Positions 20,570 to 31,223 are shown, counted from the first letter of the stretch. The stretch: DNA of 64,000 nucleotides from Candidatus Nitrosopelagicus sp. (GCA_028345295.1 JAOMDA010000005.1:1117-65116); one strand, 5' to 3'. Made by a program: numbers and translations. The notes: generated by a model not told the origin, from the letters alone.

Positions 20570-21022
20570 ATGGCAGTAAATTTATACAAAAAAAATTGGC
20601 TAACCTACGATGTACTGGTAAATACACTTTGGGTTAGTACAATTCTAGCTCTAGTTCTTACTCTCCCATCGATAGGAATTTTTCTTTATGTATTTTTAGA
20701 GACTGGTACTTGGCTTACTGGAGCATTACTAGCGTTTGGGATTCATTTTGTTATTTTAGCATTTTCAGAGAAAATCTCTAATTTTCTTTTAAAGTTTTCA
20801 TTCTTTGAAGAAAGAAAATGTATATTTTCAGATTCACTTTTTCCAAATGATTTCTTGACATTTGAAACTGATGAGGAGGAGGTCAAGATAATTTCTAATA
20901 AGAAAAAAGGTAAGAAACAGGTACAGGTTCATAGATATCTGCTTGACCACCAGTTATTCCATCAGATAATTCATAGTAGAACAAATTGTGTCTCTGAGCA
21001 CTCGTTTAGCCGTGTTTTCTAG
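20570..21022 (+). CDS. Hypothetical two-TM membrane protein
   Basis: Two hydrophobic segments in the first 75 aa; C-terminal half uncertain. Confidence 0.55.
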   Translation: MAVNLYKKNWLTYDVLVNTLWVSTILALVLTLPSIGIFLYVFLETGTWLTGALLAFGIHFVILAFSEKISNFLLKFSFFEERKCIFSDSLFPNDFLTFETDEEEVKIISNKKKGKKQVQVHRYLLDHQLFHQIIHSRTNCVSEHSFSRVF

Positions 21023-21073
21023 GTATCTCAATAAGCAACTTTAAAACACCGTGCTTATTCATTTTATCCTATC

Positions 21074-21721
21074 ATGATGGGAGATCGAGACTTTAGAACA
21101 GTCATCAAAAATGCCATAGAATCAGTTGGTAAGGAACTTGATTATAAAATTGATTTAGAAAATGTGAACAAAATTCATGTTAATGAAGTTACTAAATGTA
21201 TGAGAAGATCATATTATGATAGAACGGCCCCAGCAGAGCCAGAAAGAACACGATTTTCTGACCTTCTAGGGGGAATGTTCCGTAAGTTAGACTATGGCTC
21301 AATACCTGCCACTTATGATCTCAAAAATGGAATTAGTTTAGAGGCTCAATCAGATATGATTGCAGACGACGTTGTAATGATATTCAGATCTGTCTCGGAA
21401 TTTCCTGAAGATCCATTTGCAAAGGACATATTGTACCTAAATGCCTGCCTTTGGATTTACAATAAAGTTGACGGCATCATAGTCTATATTGATGGAGTTG
21501 GAAATGAGGCTTCATTTGCCCTTACAAAAGACAAGAAAATGTTTGAAGAACTTGTTAGACGTGTTCAGACATTTCGTACACTTGTAAATGAGAAGAAAGT
21601 ACCACAAGTTGAACCATCCACTGAATGTTCAACATGTCAATATTATGAAAGATGCTTTGGTAAGAAGAAAAGAAATGAAAGAGACCTAGTACAACAAATA
21701 CTAGGTAAGGACTTTAAGTAA
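21074..21721 (+). CDS. Solo Cas4-like [4Fe-4S] protein with degenerate nuclease motif
   Basis: KCMRRSYY plus C-terminal ECSTCQYYERC (4 Cys); ExK position reads IFR. Confidence 0.75.
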   Translation: MMGDRDFRTVIKNAIESVGKELDYKIDLENVNKIHVNEVTKCMRRSYYDRTAPAEPERTRFSDLLGGMFRKLDYGSIPATYDLKNGISLEAQSDMIADDVVMIFRSVSEFPEDPFAKDILYLNACLWIYNKVDGIIVYIDGVGNEASFALTKDKKMFEELVRRVQTFRTLVNEKKVPQVEPSTECSTCQYYERCFGKKKRNERDLVQQILGKDFK

Positions 21722-21864
21722 AAGTAACAATAATTTCCATCTGTTTTGTCTCATAACTGACCCTATTCAATTATCATTAAACATCAAAAATTAGTGTCTA
21801 TAGGGATCTAGTTTACACTAACGTTAGAAAAATAAAAAAGAAAATTCTTTTTTTGTTTTGTTGT

Positions 21865-21975
21865 TTACTCAGCTGGGTCAGGATGTCCTTTGCCTCTAAG
21901 AGCAAATGTGACTACTGCGAGTGCGATTGCTACTCCGATTGCTGAACCATATGCTGCCATTCCTGCTTCTGCCAT
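21865..21975 (-). CDS. 36-aa single-TM microprotein (MAEAGMAAYGSAIGVAIALAVVTFALRGKGHPDPAE)
   Basis: Translated by hand; biased codons; followed by an oligo-T tract. Confidence 0.75.
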   Translation of the reverse strand: MAEAGMAAYGSAIGVAIALAVVTFALRGKGHPDPAE

Positions 21976-22068
21976 AAAAAAATTTGATCTGCGGATAGAA
22001 TATAATGATGCTGACTGATTTTTTCAACTTTCTACAAAATATCACAATTTTAAAAAATTATGTTACAA

Positions 22069-22629
22069 TCAATTATTGTATTCAAACTCAAAATAGGCGT
22101 CATTTTCTTGCCCAGCAGTCATTGAGCTTAGATTGTAAAAGGCCTCTGCAGTAACTCTCCAGTGGACAGAATCGTTTTCTATGGCATTCCAAAATTCTGG
22201 TGCGTTGCCTGAATTTTTGATGGTAAATTCATCTTTAATTTTAGTTGGTCTGTCATTTAGGATTGTGTAATAGTTCGAGCCGCCAGCAATTGTAACATCT
22301 GTATCACGATCACCAATGCTTTTTGAGCCAATTTTCAACTCATCACCATATACAGTGTATTTTATCATTTGAAGTAAGACTGACTTGTTATTTGGATTAG
22401 TTACTTTGAATGTGACTCCCATGTATGCTGTGTTATCTACTATCTCAACTATTGTTACATCATCTAATTCTAATATCAATGGAAAAATTTCAGGTGGTGA
22501 TGATCCTGATGAAATTAAACTTCCGCCAGAAACATCGTCAATGACCCCGCCGCCAATAAATCCACCGGCGACTAGAATGACTATGGCAAAAGCACCAATT
22601 ATGCCTCCAACTATAATTTTTGGATTCAT
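22069..22629 (-). CDS. Membrane-anchored LEA_2/WHy-like protein
   Basis: N-terminal TM; VTFKVTNPNNKSV (NPN motif), beta-rich. Confidence 0.6.
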   Translation of the reverse strand: MNPKIIVGGIIGAFAIVILVAGGFIGGGVIDDVSGGSLISSGSSPPEIFPLILELDDVTIVEIVDNTAYMGVTFKVTNPNNKSVLLQMIKYTVYGDELKIGSKSIGDRDTDVTIAGGSNYYTILNDRPTKIKDEFTIKNSGNAPEFWNAIENDSVHWRVTAEAFYNLSSMTAGQENDAYFEFEYNN

Positions 22630-22705
22630 TACGGTTTTACAAGTTTGATATATCTTAAATGTTGAGATAAAAAATCCATATAGTGCCCATCATACAACAA
22701 ATGTT

Positions 22706-23059
22706 ATGCAGTACTTCCAAGCAGTGCAAACTGGCAAAAAGCGGGCAAACGAATCCCAGATGAAATTATTTGATATTGCAGGATTTGCAATGCTTACTTT
22801 GACCACCAAAAAAATTGATGGTAAATTTTTCCCAGTTGGAGAGGAAAACTATGCTGCTGCGATCAAAAAACCTGAGGGATATGTAGTGATTCTAGTTGAT
22901 GAAGATGGCTATACAAAAGCACAATCAAAGGATCTTGAGAAAACAGACGCATCAGAAATTTACAAAAAGATTCTCGAATCTGGTATAGAGGAATATTCTG
23001 AAAATGAGATAATTATCTGGACTGAGAAATTTCCAGCAGTCCAAAATGAGCTAAGATAA
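22706..23059 (+). CDS. Conserved hypothetical protein
   Basis: 117-aa ORF, host-like codon usage, leaderless-type spacing. Confidence 0.7.
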   Translation: MQYFQAVQTGKKRANESQMKLFDIAGFAMLTLTTKKIDGKFFPVGEENYAAAIKKPEGYVVILVDEDGYTKAQSKDLEKTDASEIYKKILESGIEEYSENEIIIWTEKFPAVQNELR

Positions 23060-23114
23060 GAACACTCTTTCTGAAGATTTTTAATTGAAGGCGTGACCAG
23101 CTACTTAGATTCAA

Positions 23115-23696
23115 ATGATTGTAACTTTTGAGGGTGGAGACCAGGCAGGCAAAAAAACCCAGTCAGCACTTTTGGCAAAGAGGCTAAAATCACTCAAAAT
23201 CAAGACTAAACTGTTCAGTTTTCCAGACTATTCAACTCCAATTGGAAAGGAGATTGACAAGTATCTGCACGGAAAAAGAAAGTTTCCGCCCCAAACAATT
23301 CACACCCTTCTTTCTGCAAACCGCTGGGAAAAAGTAGATGAAATAAAAAAAGCCCAGGAAAAAAATTCTGTTGTAATAATGAACAGATATGCAGAATCTA
23401 ATCTGGTGTATGGACTGGCAAACGGCCTAAAGCTTTCATGGCTTGAGGGGTTAGATGCTGGACTGCCAAAGTCGGATCTGGTCATCGTACTTGATGTACC
23501 ACAAAACGAGTCATTCAAACGAAAAAGGCAGAACCGAGACAAGTTTGAAAAAAATGCAAAGTTTTCCCAGACAATTTCACGCACCTATCGAAAGCTGGCA
23601 AAGAAAAAGAGATGGAAAATCATTGATGCAACACAAAGCAAGGATGACGTCCATCAAGATATTATGCGAGTCTTTTCTAGAAAAATTGGAATATGA
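23115..23696 (+). CDS. tmk: Thymidylate kinase
   Basis: FEGGDQAGKKTQ P-loop, NRYAES, LPKSDLVIVLD. Confidence 0.93.
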   Translation: MIVTFEGGDQAGKKTQSALLAKRLKSLKIKTKLFSFPDYSTPIGKEIDKYLHGKRKFPPQTIHTLLSANRWEKVDEIKKAQEKNSVVIMNRYAESNLVYGLANGLKLSWLEGLDAGLPKSDLVIVLDVPQNESFKRKRQNRDKFEKNAKFSQTISRTYRKLAKKKRWKIIDATQSKDDVHQDIMRVFSRKIGI

Positions 23697-24931
23697 AAAA
23701 ACGACTCTTAGAAATTACAGATCCCATCCATGACTTTATTCGACTAAACAAAACTGAACATGAAATAATTGATACTCCAGTTTTTCAAAGGCTTCGAAGA
23801 ATCAAGCAGCTCTCTGGTGCTCATCTGACATATCCAGGTGCCCAACATACAAGATTTGAGCACTCCCTTGGCGTACTGCACATTGCATCAATGGCTGCAT
23901 CCTCACTAAACTCGAAAGGACTAATGTCTACTGATAACATTGAAAACATTCGCCTTGCAGCGTTACTGCACGACATTGGCCATGGCCCATTTTCACATCT
24001 ATTTGAAGAGGTACTGCAAAGAAAGAAGCAAAGCCATGAAGAGATTGGAAAGCAGATAATACTAAAATCAGAAATTGGTGACATTATCTCAAAGTCTGGA
24101 TATGACAAAAAGCTGATTCACAATTTGGCAGTAGGGCAATCCAAAATGCAATATTTGAACGAGATTGTTTCTGGTGCATTATCTGCAGACATGATGGATT
24201 ATTTGCTCAGAGATGGCTACTTTACAGGCGCAGAACATGCCAAAATCGACCATCACAGACTGACTCATTCCCTTGACGTTTACAAAAACAAGCTTGCACT
24301 TGACAGCTCGGCACTTGTTAACTTTGAGACAATGATGATTTCCAGATTTCAAATGTTCAAGGCAGTTTATTTCCACAAGACAGTTCGCGCAGGAGAGGTG
24401 ATGTTATTGGAGGCAATGAGTCTTGCAGGAAATGAGCTTGGTCTGGCATCTCTGAAGATGGATGAGTATGTCAAACTGACTGACGAGGTGATCCTGGAAA
24501 AATTAATGTCACTACCAGAAACAAGTTCGGATCTAAAGGCAGCTAGAAAAATTGCAACTGACTATCAGGACCGCAAGCTCTTCAAGTGTGTCTTTGAGCG
24601 TTCACTATCTGGCAAAAGCCTCTCAAAAAAGCGACTAGATGCGATAAAGCAAAAAATTGCAAAAAAATCCAAAATTAATCCAAATCAAATTTTCATAGAT
24701 ACATCCACTACATCATCCATTCCACTCACTCCATCCAAAAAGGAATCAAAGTCAATCATCCTTACCAAAAAAGATGGCAAGAATACAATTGCCAAAGAAA
24801 TTCCAATTTCTCAAATTCCTCTAGTGTCTTCGATGTCCAAAGTTATGAACATCTTACGAGTGTACACTCCTGCCTCATATCGAAAAAAGGTTGAAATTGC
24901 CACTAAATCTATTCAAGGAGAGCTGAAATGA
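23693..24931 (+). CDS. HD-domain phosphohydrolase (dNTPase/SAMHD1-like)
   Basis: [40 protein letters not shown]. Confidence 0.9.
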   Translation: MKKRLLEITDPIHDFIRLNKTEHEIIDTPVFQRLRRIKQLSGAHLTYPGAQHTRFEHSLGVLHIASMAASSLNSKGLMSTDNIENIRLAALLHDIGHGPFSHLFEEVLQRKKQSHEEIGKQIILKSEIGDIISKSGYDKKLIHNLAVGQSKMQYLNEIVSGALSADMMDYLLRDGYFTGAEHAKIDHHRLTHSLDVYKNKLALDSSALVNFETMMISRFQMFKAVYFHKTVRAGEVMLLEAMSLAGNELGLASLKMDEYVKLTDEVILEKLMSLPETSSDLKAARKIATDYQDRKLFKCVFERSLSGKSLSKKRLDAIKQKIAKKSKINPNQIFIDTSTTSSIPLTPSKKESKSIILTKKDGKNTIAKEIPISQIPLVSSMSKVMNILRVYTPASYRKKVEIATKSIQGELK

Positions 24932-25611
24932 AAAAGGCAATTGTAATCAAATTTTCTGGCAAGGTCTTTGGAGTTGAAAACATCAAGATTCTCAAAGACT
25001 ATGCAAGGTTTCTTGTAAAGCTAAGCAAGACACACCAGCCAATTGTAGTAGCTGGCGGTGGAAAAATTGCTCGTCACTTTATCTCACATGCCCGCTCATC
25101 TGGTGCTGATGAATCATCACTTGATGAACTTGGAATTGAAATATCAAGGTTGAATGCAAAACTGCTAATCTATGCACTAAAAGACAAAGCCTATCCACAC
25201 CCACCAACCTCACTAAAAGAAGCAAAAAATGCAGTCGACTCTGGTCTGATAGTAGTGGCTGGTGGCTTACATCCAGGCCAGTCCACAAATGGAACTGCAG
25301 CGTTGATTGCTGAGAAGGTAAATGCAGTACAATTCTTGAATGCAACTGACGTAAAGGGAATTTATGATTCTGATCCAAACAAGAGCAAAAAAGCCAAGCT
25401 CTTCAAAACAATTGAACTAAAGAAATTGCGAGGAATGCTGGTCAAGGAGGACTCTGTTGCCGGTGGCTATGACCTGATGGACATAGTTGCACTCAAAATT
25501 ATCGAGCGCTCTAAAATTAAGACTCGCGTAATACAGTCTGACATCAAGACACTTGAAAAAGCAGTCAAGGGCTTGGCTGTTGGAACTGAGATTGTATTGC
25601 CTAAGAAATAA
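24928..25611 (+). CDS. pyrH: Uridylate kinase
   Basis: [34 protein letters not shown]. Confidence 0.95.
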   Translation: MKKAIVIKFSGKVFGVENIKILKDYARFLVKLSKTHQPIVVAGGGKIARHFISHARSSGADESSLDELGIEISRLNAKLLIYALKDKAYPHPPTSLKEAKNAVDSGLIVVAGGLHPGQSTNGTAALIAEKVNAVQFLNATDVKGIYDSDPNKSKKAKLFKTIELKKLRGMLVKEDSVAGGYDLMDIVALKIIERSKIKTRVIQSDIKTLEKAVKGLAVGTEIVLPKK

Positions 25612-25615
25612 TCAA

Positions 25616-25705
25616 TCACAAATCACCAATAATGAATAAAATTCCAAGTAGAATTACAATTGCTCCTGCAATTACTAGTTTTGATTTTGATTTTCTTCTT
25701 GCCAA
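25616..25705 (-). CDS. 29-aa single-TM peptide (MARRKSKSKLVIAGAIVILLGILFIIGDL)
   Basis: Translated by hand; TTG start with TTTATC about 27 nt upstream. Confidence 0.55.
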   Translation of the reverse strand: MARRKSKSKLVIAGAIVILLGILFIIGDL

Positions 25706-25730
25706 GTTAATCAGTTCTCAGATGTATTTT

Positions 25731-25743
25731 AGATAAATCGGAT
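25731..25743. repeat. 13-bp direct repeat AGATAAATCGGAT, copy 1
   Basis: Identical to 26778-26790. Confidence 0.85.
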
Positions 25744-25775
25744 ATTAAAGCAGACCAAATGACGTATGTATAAGA

Positions 25776-26753
25776 TCATTTGTTTTTTGTAGCCTCTATT
25801 GCATGCTCAATACATTTGAGAATTAAACCATCATTTTCTTCAGTACGTTTGATTCTTCGTTCATGCTTGAACCACCAACCAGATACATCTCTAACCTGTT
25901 CACCATTTTCAAGTCTACTAGAATCAAATGTATTAGGATCAACTCTGAAATTTACCTGCCATGTTTCTTGACGTAAGGAAAGAGTTGCAAGTAAATTCTT
26001 TTTTTCATATGGTGTTTTGGTGTACAAGAAAAAGTTTCCTGCATGAATTTTTCCCTTAATACCATATTTGGATTCTAATTTTGAAATAAATTTTGTTACA
26101 TTTACCTTATTTGTTGGAGTTGCTTTTTGTTCAAGTCTTTCTTTCCATGTTAGTTGTTGAGAGATTCTATCACCACCAAGTTCTTCAGATTTTGTCTCTT
26201 CAGAACCTACAACCAGATTTGTATCCACTACTTCATGATTACCACTTTGATGAAAATTAATCTCAACACAAGAAATATCGATGCCGCTTCTCTTCAAATA
26301 TCTGCACATGTCAATTGTTTTTTTATCAAAACTCTCAGCGATAAGAAAAAGACGCTGATACATATTAAATGGCTCTGGAATACGTCCATATTCTTTCTCA
26401 AATTTCTTGTACAGATTTGGTACATTTGTAAGATGTTTTTCTTTTGCAATTTTGTTGAGACTGTCATACGTTTGGTCTTCTCCCCAGGTAGCGTATTCTA
26501 TAATCTGTGCAACAATTTTTCTTGCAGGCAATCCTTTTTTCAATTCTGCAATTACTAGATTTCCATTCTGATCTAATCCTAAAATATCTGGAATGCCAGA
26601 AGTAGAAGTAGAAACCTGTCTTCCAATAATAAAAATTTCGTTACCTAATATGCCAGGATGTTTTTCTATGAAATCTTCAATTTTCTTTTCTTTTTGAGCT
26701 GATACTTTCTGATATTTTTTTAATTTACCATCTTTAACATGATGAATAACCAT
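25776..26753 (-). CDS. NucS/DUF91-like PD-(D/E)XK endonuclease with a C-terminal accessory domain
   Basis: EKKIEDFI, IPDILGLD..LVIAELK, QIIEY. Confidence 0.8.
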   Translation of the reverse strand: MVIHHVKDGKLKKYQKVSAQKEKKIEDFIEKHPGILGNEIFIIGRQVSTSTSGIPDILGLDQNGNLVIAELKKGLPARKIVAQIIEYATWGEDQTYDSLNKIAKEKHLTNVPNLYKKFEKEYGRIPEPFNMYQRLFLIAESFDKKTIDMCRYLKRSGIDISCVEINFHQSGNHEVVDTNLVVGSEETKSEELGGDRISQQLTWKERLEQKATPTNKVNVTKFISKLESKYGIKGKIHAGNFFLYTKTPYEKKNLLATLSLRQETWQVNFRVDPNTFDSSRLENGEQVRDVSGWWFKHERRIKRTEENDGLILKCIEHAIEATKNK

Positions 26754-26777
26754 AGATCATAATTTGGATTTACTAAC

Positions 26778-26790
26778 AGATAAATCGGAT
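26778..26790. repeat. 13-bp direct repeat AGATAAATCGGAT, copy 2
   Basis: Identical to 25731-25743; 24 nt upstream of the nuclease ATG. Confidence 0.85.
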
Positions 26791-26914
26791 CCAAAAAAGA
26801 TATTTTTGAATTTATCCAGCTTTTGTAACTTCATCCAATTCCAAATCCATACTTTTACTAATTTATTAGAAACAAAAGTGATCTGTTTTTCTATTAGAAA
26901 TGCTTTAGGGATCC

Positions 26915-29629
26915 ATGACTGAATCTACCAAGCTAGAGCCATCTGCTGAACAACAAGCAATCATTGATTCAAAGGTAGATACTATAGTTGTCTCAAATCC
27001 TGGAACTGGAAAAACTACCACACTGTCGCAAAAAGTAATTGATTTACTTGAAAATGGAGTGAACCCAGAAAACATTTTGTGTATTACATTTACTGCTAAA
27101 GCAAAAAAAGAAATGTTTGATAAAATTTTTGATGATGCACAAGGAAAATTTCCTGATGCAGATATAATGAAAATTAGAATTCACACCTTTCATGGCTTTG
27201 CTTATGACTATTTGACTGAAATTGGATTAATGTCTGCTGAAATTGTTGGAAATAATCTTCTAAGATATTCTATTTTAGAGAGCTTTATTGAGAACAAAGC
27301 GTTCAACTATGGCAAGCCATACATCATTGACACACTTATGCCAAAGGTAGAAAACGCAATCAGATACATCAAAAGTTTTGGCATAACACCAGATAAAATT
27401 GACGTACAAAAAACTGCAAGTGTAATACAACAACAGCTCATGTTAATAGAAAAAAACAAAGGTAGCAAGACAAGTTACACAAAAGAGGAGCTCATTGCAT
27501 TTCTGTCATATTTTGTAGATGCATACAAGCATTATGAAGACTCGAAAAATGATACAATTGATTATTCAGACATGCTGTTAACTTTTATAGAAAAATTTCA
27601 AGGTGATAAGTTTGAACATGTTTTAGTTGATGAAATGCAAGACATGAATGAAATTGAAGCACAAATAGTAGAAATGATTTCTAAAAACTTGTTTCTTGTA
27701 GGAGATGCAAAGCAAGCAATTTTTGGATTTCAAGGTGGCTCTATTAAAAACTTTGAAAAATTTGCCAAGACCTGTAAATTGCTGTTTCTATCTACAAATT
27801 ACAGAAGCACACAACAAATCTTAGACTATTCAAAACAATTTTTCCTTGATGGAACTCAACACAAAACAAAATTTGAAAAAGAATTAGAAAAATTTAATGG
27901 CGTCTCAAAAGGCTCACTTCCAAAAATATTTGCAACTGGTGCTCCTTTTGGAAAAATTATTTCACTCATAGAAGAAAACCCAGGCAAATCAATTGGTGTT
28001 ATTACAAGGACAAATCGTCAAATCATTGAGGTTTCAAAATATCTTGATAATCACAGTATTGATTATACAACGACATCCTCTCAGGCAACTACAAAAGAAG
28101 CAAGAAATGAAATTATAACTTACCTCAAAGGGCTTCTTTCAGGAGACATTAATCAGAAAATCTCAGCCACATTTACCACATTTTCACCATATACACTACA
28201 AGAAGCGTTTGAATTTTCAAATGATGCCAAAAAAGACTCTAGTGGAAGACTTGAAAAACTCAATTCCTGGAAAATTAACCTAAACAAAGAAGAGCTGGAT
28301 AAGCTGTTCACTGAGGAACTTTACCCGCTATGTGTCTCAAAAGGCTCTGAGTGGTTCTCTACTGCTGTAACTGTAAAGGAGCAAATTGATGAGTATCTAG
28401 CATTTGAAACTCCTACTTTTGAAGGACTTTTTGATTTCATAGCAATTGGAGAAGAATCATACACTGAACGTAACAAAAAATCTACAATCACACTTACAAC
28501 TGTCCATAAAGCAAAAGGTAGAGGTTTTGATATCGTCATATACGTTCCATCACATGGTGGAGGAAGAACTAGTTTCATTGATATTATTACAGAATCTGTC
28601 TTTATTGCAAAAGGAATTAATCTTGAAGATGAGGTTGTTGAAGAATCACTAAGAATTGATTTTGTTGCAATGACTAGAGCCAAAGAAAAATTATTCATTA
28701 TATCTGAAGATGAACAGTTTGCAGCACGATTCCATCATCAAGGTTTGTCTAAAATTGAAGTAGATGAAGAAGAAGAAGAAAAAATTTCTACAAGTACAAT
28801 TAGCAACCGTCTAGCTGAAGCATACTCACTTTTTGTAGATGGCAGATGGGATGATTCTAAAAAACTACTAGAAAGCAAAGAAACATGGTTAAAAGAATTT
28901 ATTTATTCGTATTTTCAAAACGTTGAACACTTTTCATATTCTAGTGTTACAAAAGTTCCATATGATTTTCTAAGTAAAAACATTATAAAAAAGCCATACG
29001 GTTCACAAGCACTAAATTTTGGTTCTAATGTTCACAATGCACTTGAGAAAATTGTTTCAGGTAAAGCAAAAGTAGAAGACTATACTGATGAAGATGAAGT
29101 AAAGGCAATCAAAAATGGTCTTGAACGTTTAGAGAAGTTAAAAAAAGAAAATCCAGGATTTAAAATCAAAGCAACTGAAATGAATGTGAAAGTGCCTATC
29201 AAGTCATTGACTGAATATACTGAAACTGATAATTTAATGTTCAAAGGATTCATTGATGCAGTTTTTGAGCACGATGGTGGAATTTTCTTGGTTGATTATA
29301 AAACTGACAAAAACACCAACTATGCATCTCACCACAAAAGACAGTTGGCAGTTTACAAAAAAATGTACTCAAAACTTGAAGGTATACCAGAAGAAAAAAT
29401 TGAAACATGTATAATTTTTGTTGCCTTGAGAGGAGGCATTAATACAGGAAAATCTGATTCTGGGGTTGATTTTGGTAAAAGAAATGTTTTTGGAACATTT
29501 GAACAACACCTACAAAAAGTTCTTGAATGGAAAAAAGACCCTGAGATATTCATCAATGAATTACTTGAGCAGTCAACTCAGGATTCACTGCATGAGGCAA
29601 TAAAGGAGAAACTTGCAGGAACAAATTGA
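26915..29629 (+). CDS. SF1A UvrD/Rep helicase fused to a C-terminal RecB-like nuclease
   Basis: PGTGKT, ITFTAKA, VDEMQD, VGDAKQAIFGF, NYRS, TVHKAKG, AMTRAK; C-terminal GFIDAV..VDYKT..QLAVY. Confidence 0.9.
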   Translation: MTESTKLEPSAEQQAIIDSKVDTIVVSNPGTGKTTTLSQKVIDLLENGVNPENILCITFTAKAKKEMFDKIFDDAQGKFPDADIMKIRIHTFHGFAYDYLTEIGLMSAEIVGNNLLRYSILESFIENKAFNYGKPYIIDTLMPKVENAIRYIKSFGITPDKIDVQKTASVIQQQLMLIEKNKGSKTSYTKEELIAFLSYFVDAYKHYEDSKNDTIDYSDMLLTFIEKFQGDKFEHVLVDEMQDMNEIEAQIVEMISKNLFLVGDAKQAIFGFQGGSIKNFEKFAKTCKLLFLSTNYRSTQQILDYSKQFFLDGTQHKTKFEKELEKFNGVSKGSLPKIFATGAPFGKIISLIEENPGKSIGVITRTNRQIIEVSKYLDNHSIDYTTTSSQATTKEARNEIITYLKGLLSGDINQKISATFTTFSPYTLQEAFEFSNDAKKDSSGRLEKLNSWKINLNKEELDKLFTEELYPLCVSKGSEWFSTAVTVKEQIDEYLAFETPTFEGLFDFIAIGEESYTERNKKSTITLTTVHKAKGRGFDIVIYVPSHGGGRTSFIDIITESVFIAKGINLEDEVVEESLRIDFVAMTRAKEKLFIISEDEQFAARFHHQGLSKIEVDEEEEEKISTSTISNRLAEAYSLFVDGRWDDSKKLLESKETWLKEFIYSYFQNVEHFSYSSVTKVPYDFLSKNIIKKPYGSQALNFGSNVHNALEKIVSGKAKVEDYTDEDEVKAIKNGLERLEKLKKENPGFKIKATEMNVKVPIKSLTEYTETDNLMFKGFIDAVFEHDGGIFLVDYKTDKNTNYASHHKRQLAVYKKMYSKLEGIPEEKIETCIIFVALRGGINTGKSDSGVDFGKRNVFGTFEQHLQKVLEWKKDPEIFINELLEQSTQDSLHEAIKEKLAGTN

Positions 29630-29657
29630 TAAGTAAAATGGAGATCAGGGTAATATC

Positions 29658-31223
29658 ATGGCAAAGAAAAAAGAACAAAAAGAACAATCCCTTGAAGACA
29701 GACTCTGGGATACTGCCGAAGTTCTAAGAGGAAAGGTATCTCCAACCTCCTACAAGGATATCGCATTAGGTCTTTTATTTCTAAAGTTCATCTCTAACAG
29801 ATATGATGCAAGACGCAAAGAGATTGAAGAAGAAACCAAAGGTTCAACAGAAAAAGAGCGCAATTATCTACTAAACCTAAAGGATCAGTATACAGCAAAG
29901 GGAGTCTTTTACCTCAAAGAAGGCGACAACTGGGATGACTTGACCAAGATGGCATCAAGTGAAAAAAATCTAGCAATCAAAATTGATGGAATGATTCAAG
30001 AGATAGAAAATGACAATCCAGATTTAGAAAACGTACTGCCAAAAGTTTTTGCGGGTTCAGGAATACCAAATGACAATCTACAACAGTTAATTGAAACTTT
30101 TGATGGAATACCAACTGATCAAATTACTAAAGATTCCTTTGGAAGGATTTACGAATATTTCTTGAGAAACTTTCACAAAAAAATTGGTCAAAAGGGTGGT
30201 GAGTTTTTCACACCAGAATCAATTGTACAGTTACTAGTTGAGATAATAGAACCATACGAGGGAATCATTTACGATCCAACTTGTGGTTCAGGTGGAATGT
30301 TTGTACAAAGTAAAAAGTTCCAGGATGCACACAAAGACAAGAGCAAGAAAGGAACTTCAATTTACGGAGTAGACTCTCAACAAGACATCTGGAGAATTGC
30401 AAAGATGAATCTCACAATGCGTGGAATTGAGGCTAAAAATATTAAAAATGCAGACTGCTTGGTGGACCATCCATTTGAAAAGGTAAAGGCAAATCGAATA
30501 CTTGCCAATCCGCCATTTAACATGGCAGAGTGGGGACATGAAAAACTCACAAACGATGCAAGGTTTGCAAAATACGGAATGCCAGGAGATGGAAAGCCAG
30601 GCGGAAACTATGCGTTCATGTCACACATGATTCATCATTTAGATGATAGAGACGGCAAGCTAGGTCTTGTCTTAGCAAACGGTTCAATGTCTGGCAGCGG
30701 AAAAGAAGGTGCTATACGACAAAAAATAATTGAAGATGACTTGATTGATTGCATGGTTGCACTTCCAACAAATCTTTTCTATACAGTAACAATTCCTGCA
30801 TGTCTTTGGTTTGTAACAAAAAACAAAGATGATGGAAAATCACGAAAAAGAAAAGGAGAGACACTATTCATTGATGCGCGAAAAATTTTCACTCAAGTAG
30901 ACAGAGCACACAACGAACTCTCTGAAAAGCAGATTCAAAGAATTGCTGGCACTTATCGCTCATTTATCGGAGAAGAGGGATATCCAAAGTATGAAGATAT
31001 TCCAGGATACTGTCAGGTATCAAAAATAGAAGATATTGCCAAAAACAACTATGTCTTGACTCCGGGCAGATATGTCGGTGCTGAAGAGATTGAAGATGAC
31101 GGTGAGCCATTTCCAGACAAGATGAAGCGATTAACGCAAGAATATGCTAGATTGACAGATGAATCAGCCAAACTAGACAAGGAAATTCGCAAAAACTTGA
31201 AGGAAATTGGCTTTGAAATCTAA
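29658..31223 (+). CDS. hsdM: Type I RM methyltransferase (m6A)
   Basis: GEFFTP, YDPTCGSGG, NPPF, YVLTPGRYV. Confidence 0.96.
   Translation: MAKKKEQKEQSLEDRLWDTAEVLRGKVSPTSYKDIALGLLFLKFISNRYDARRKEIEEETKGSTEKERNYLLNLKDQYTAKGVFYLKEGDNWDDLTKMASSEKNLAIKIDGMIQEIENDNPDLENVLPKVFAGSGIPNDNLQQLIETFDGIPTDQITKDSFGRIYEYFLRNFHKKIGQKGGEFFTPESIVQLLVEIIEPYEGIIYDPTCGSGGMFVQSKKFQDAHKDKSKKGTSIYGVDSQQDIWRIAKMNLTMRGIEAKNIKNADCLVDHPFEKVKANRILANPPFNMAEWGHEKLTNDARFAKYGMPGDGKPGGNYAFMSHMIHHLDDRDGKLGLVLANGSMSGSGKEGAIRQKIIEDDLIDCMVALPTNLFYTVTIPACLWFVTKNKDDGKSRKRKGETLFIDARKIFTQVDRAHNELSEKQIQRIAGTYRSFIGEEGYPKYEDIPGYCQVSKIEDIAKNNYVLTPGRYVGAEEIEDDGEPFPDKMKRLTQEYARLTDESAKLDKEIRKNLKEIGFEI

Noticed and set aside
21074-21721. 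Cas4 as a sign of a CRISPR locus
   Set aside because: No repeat-spacer array and no cas1/cas2 in the window
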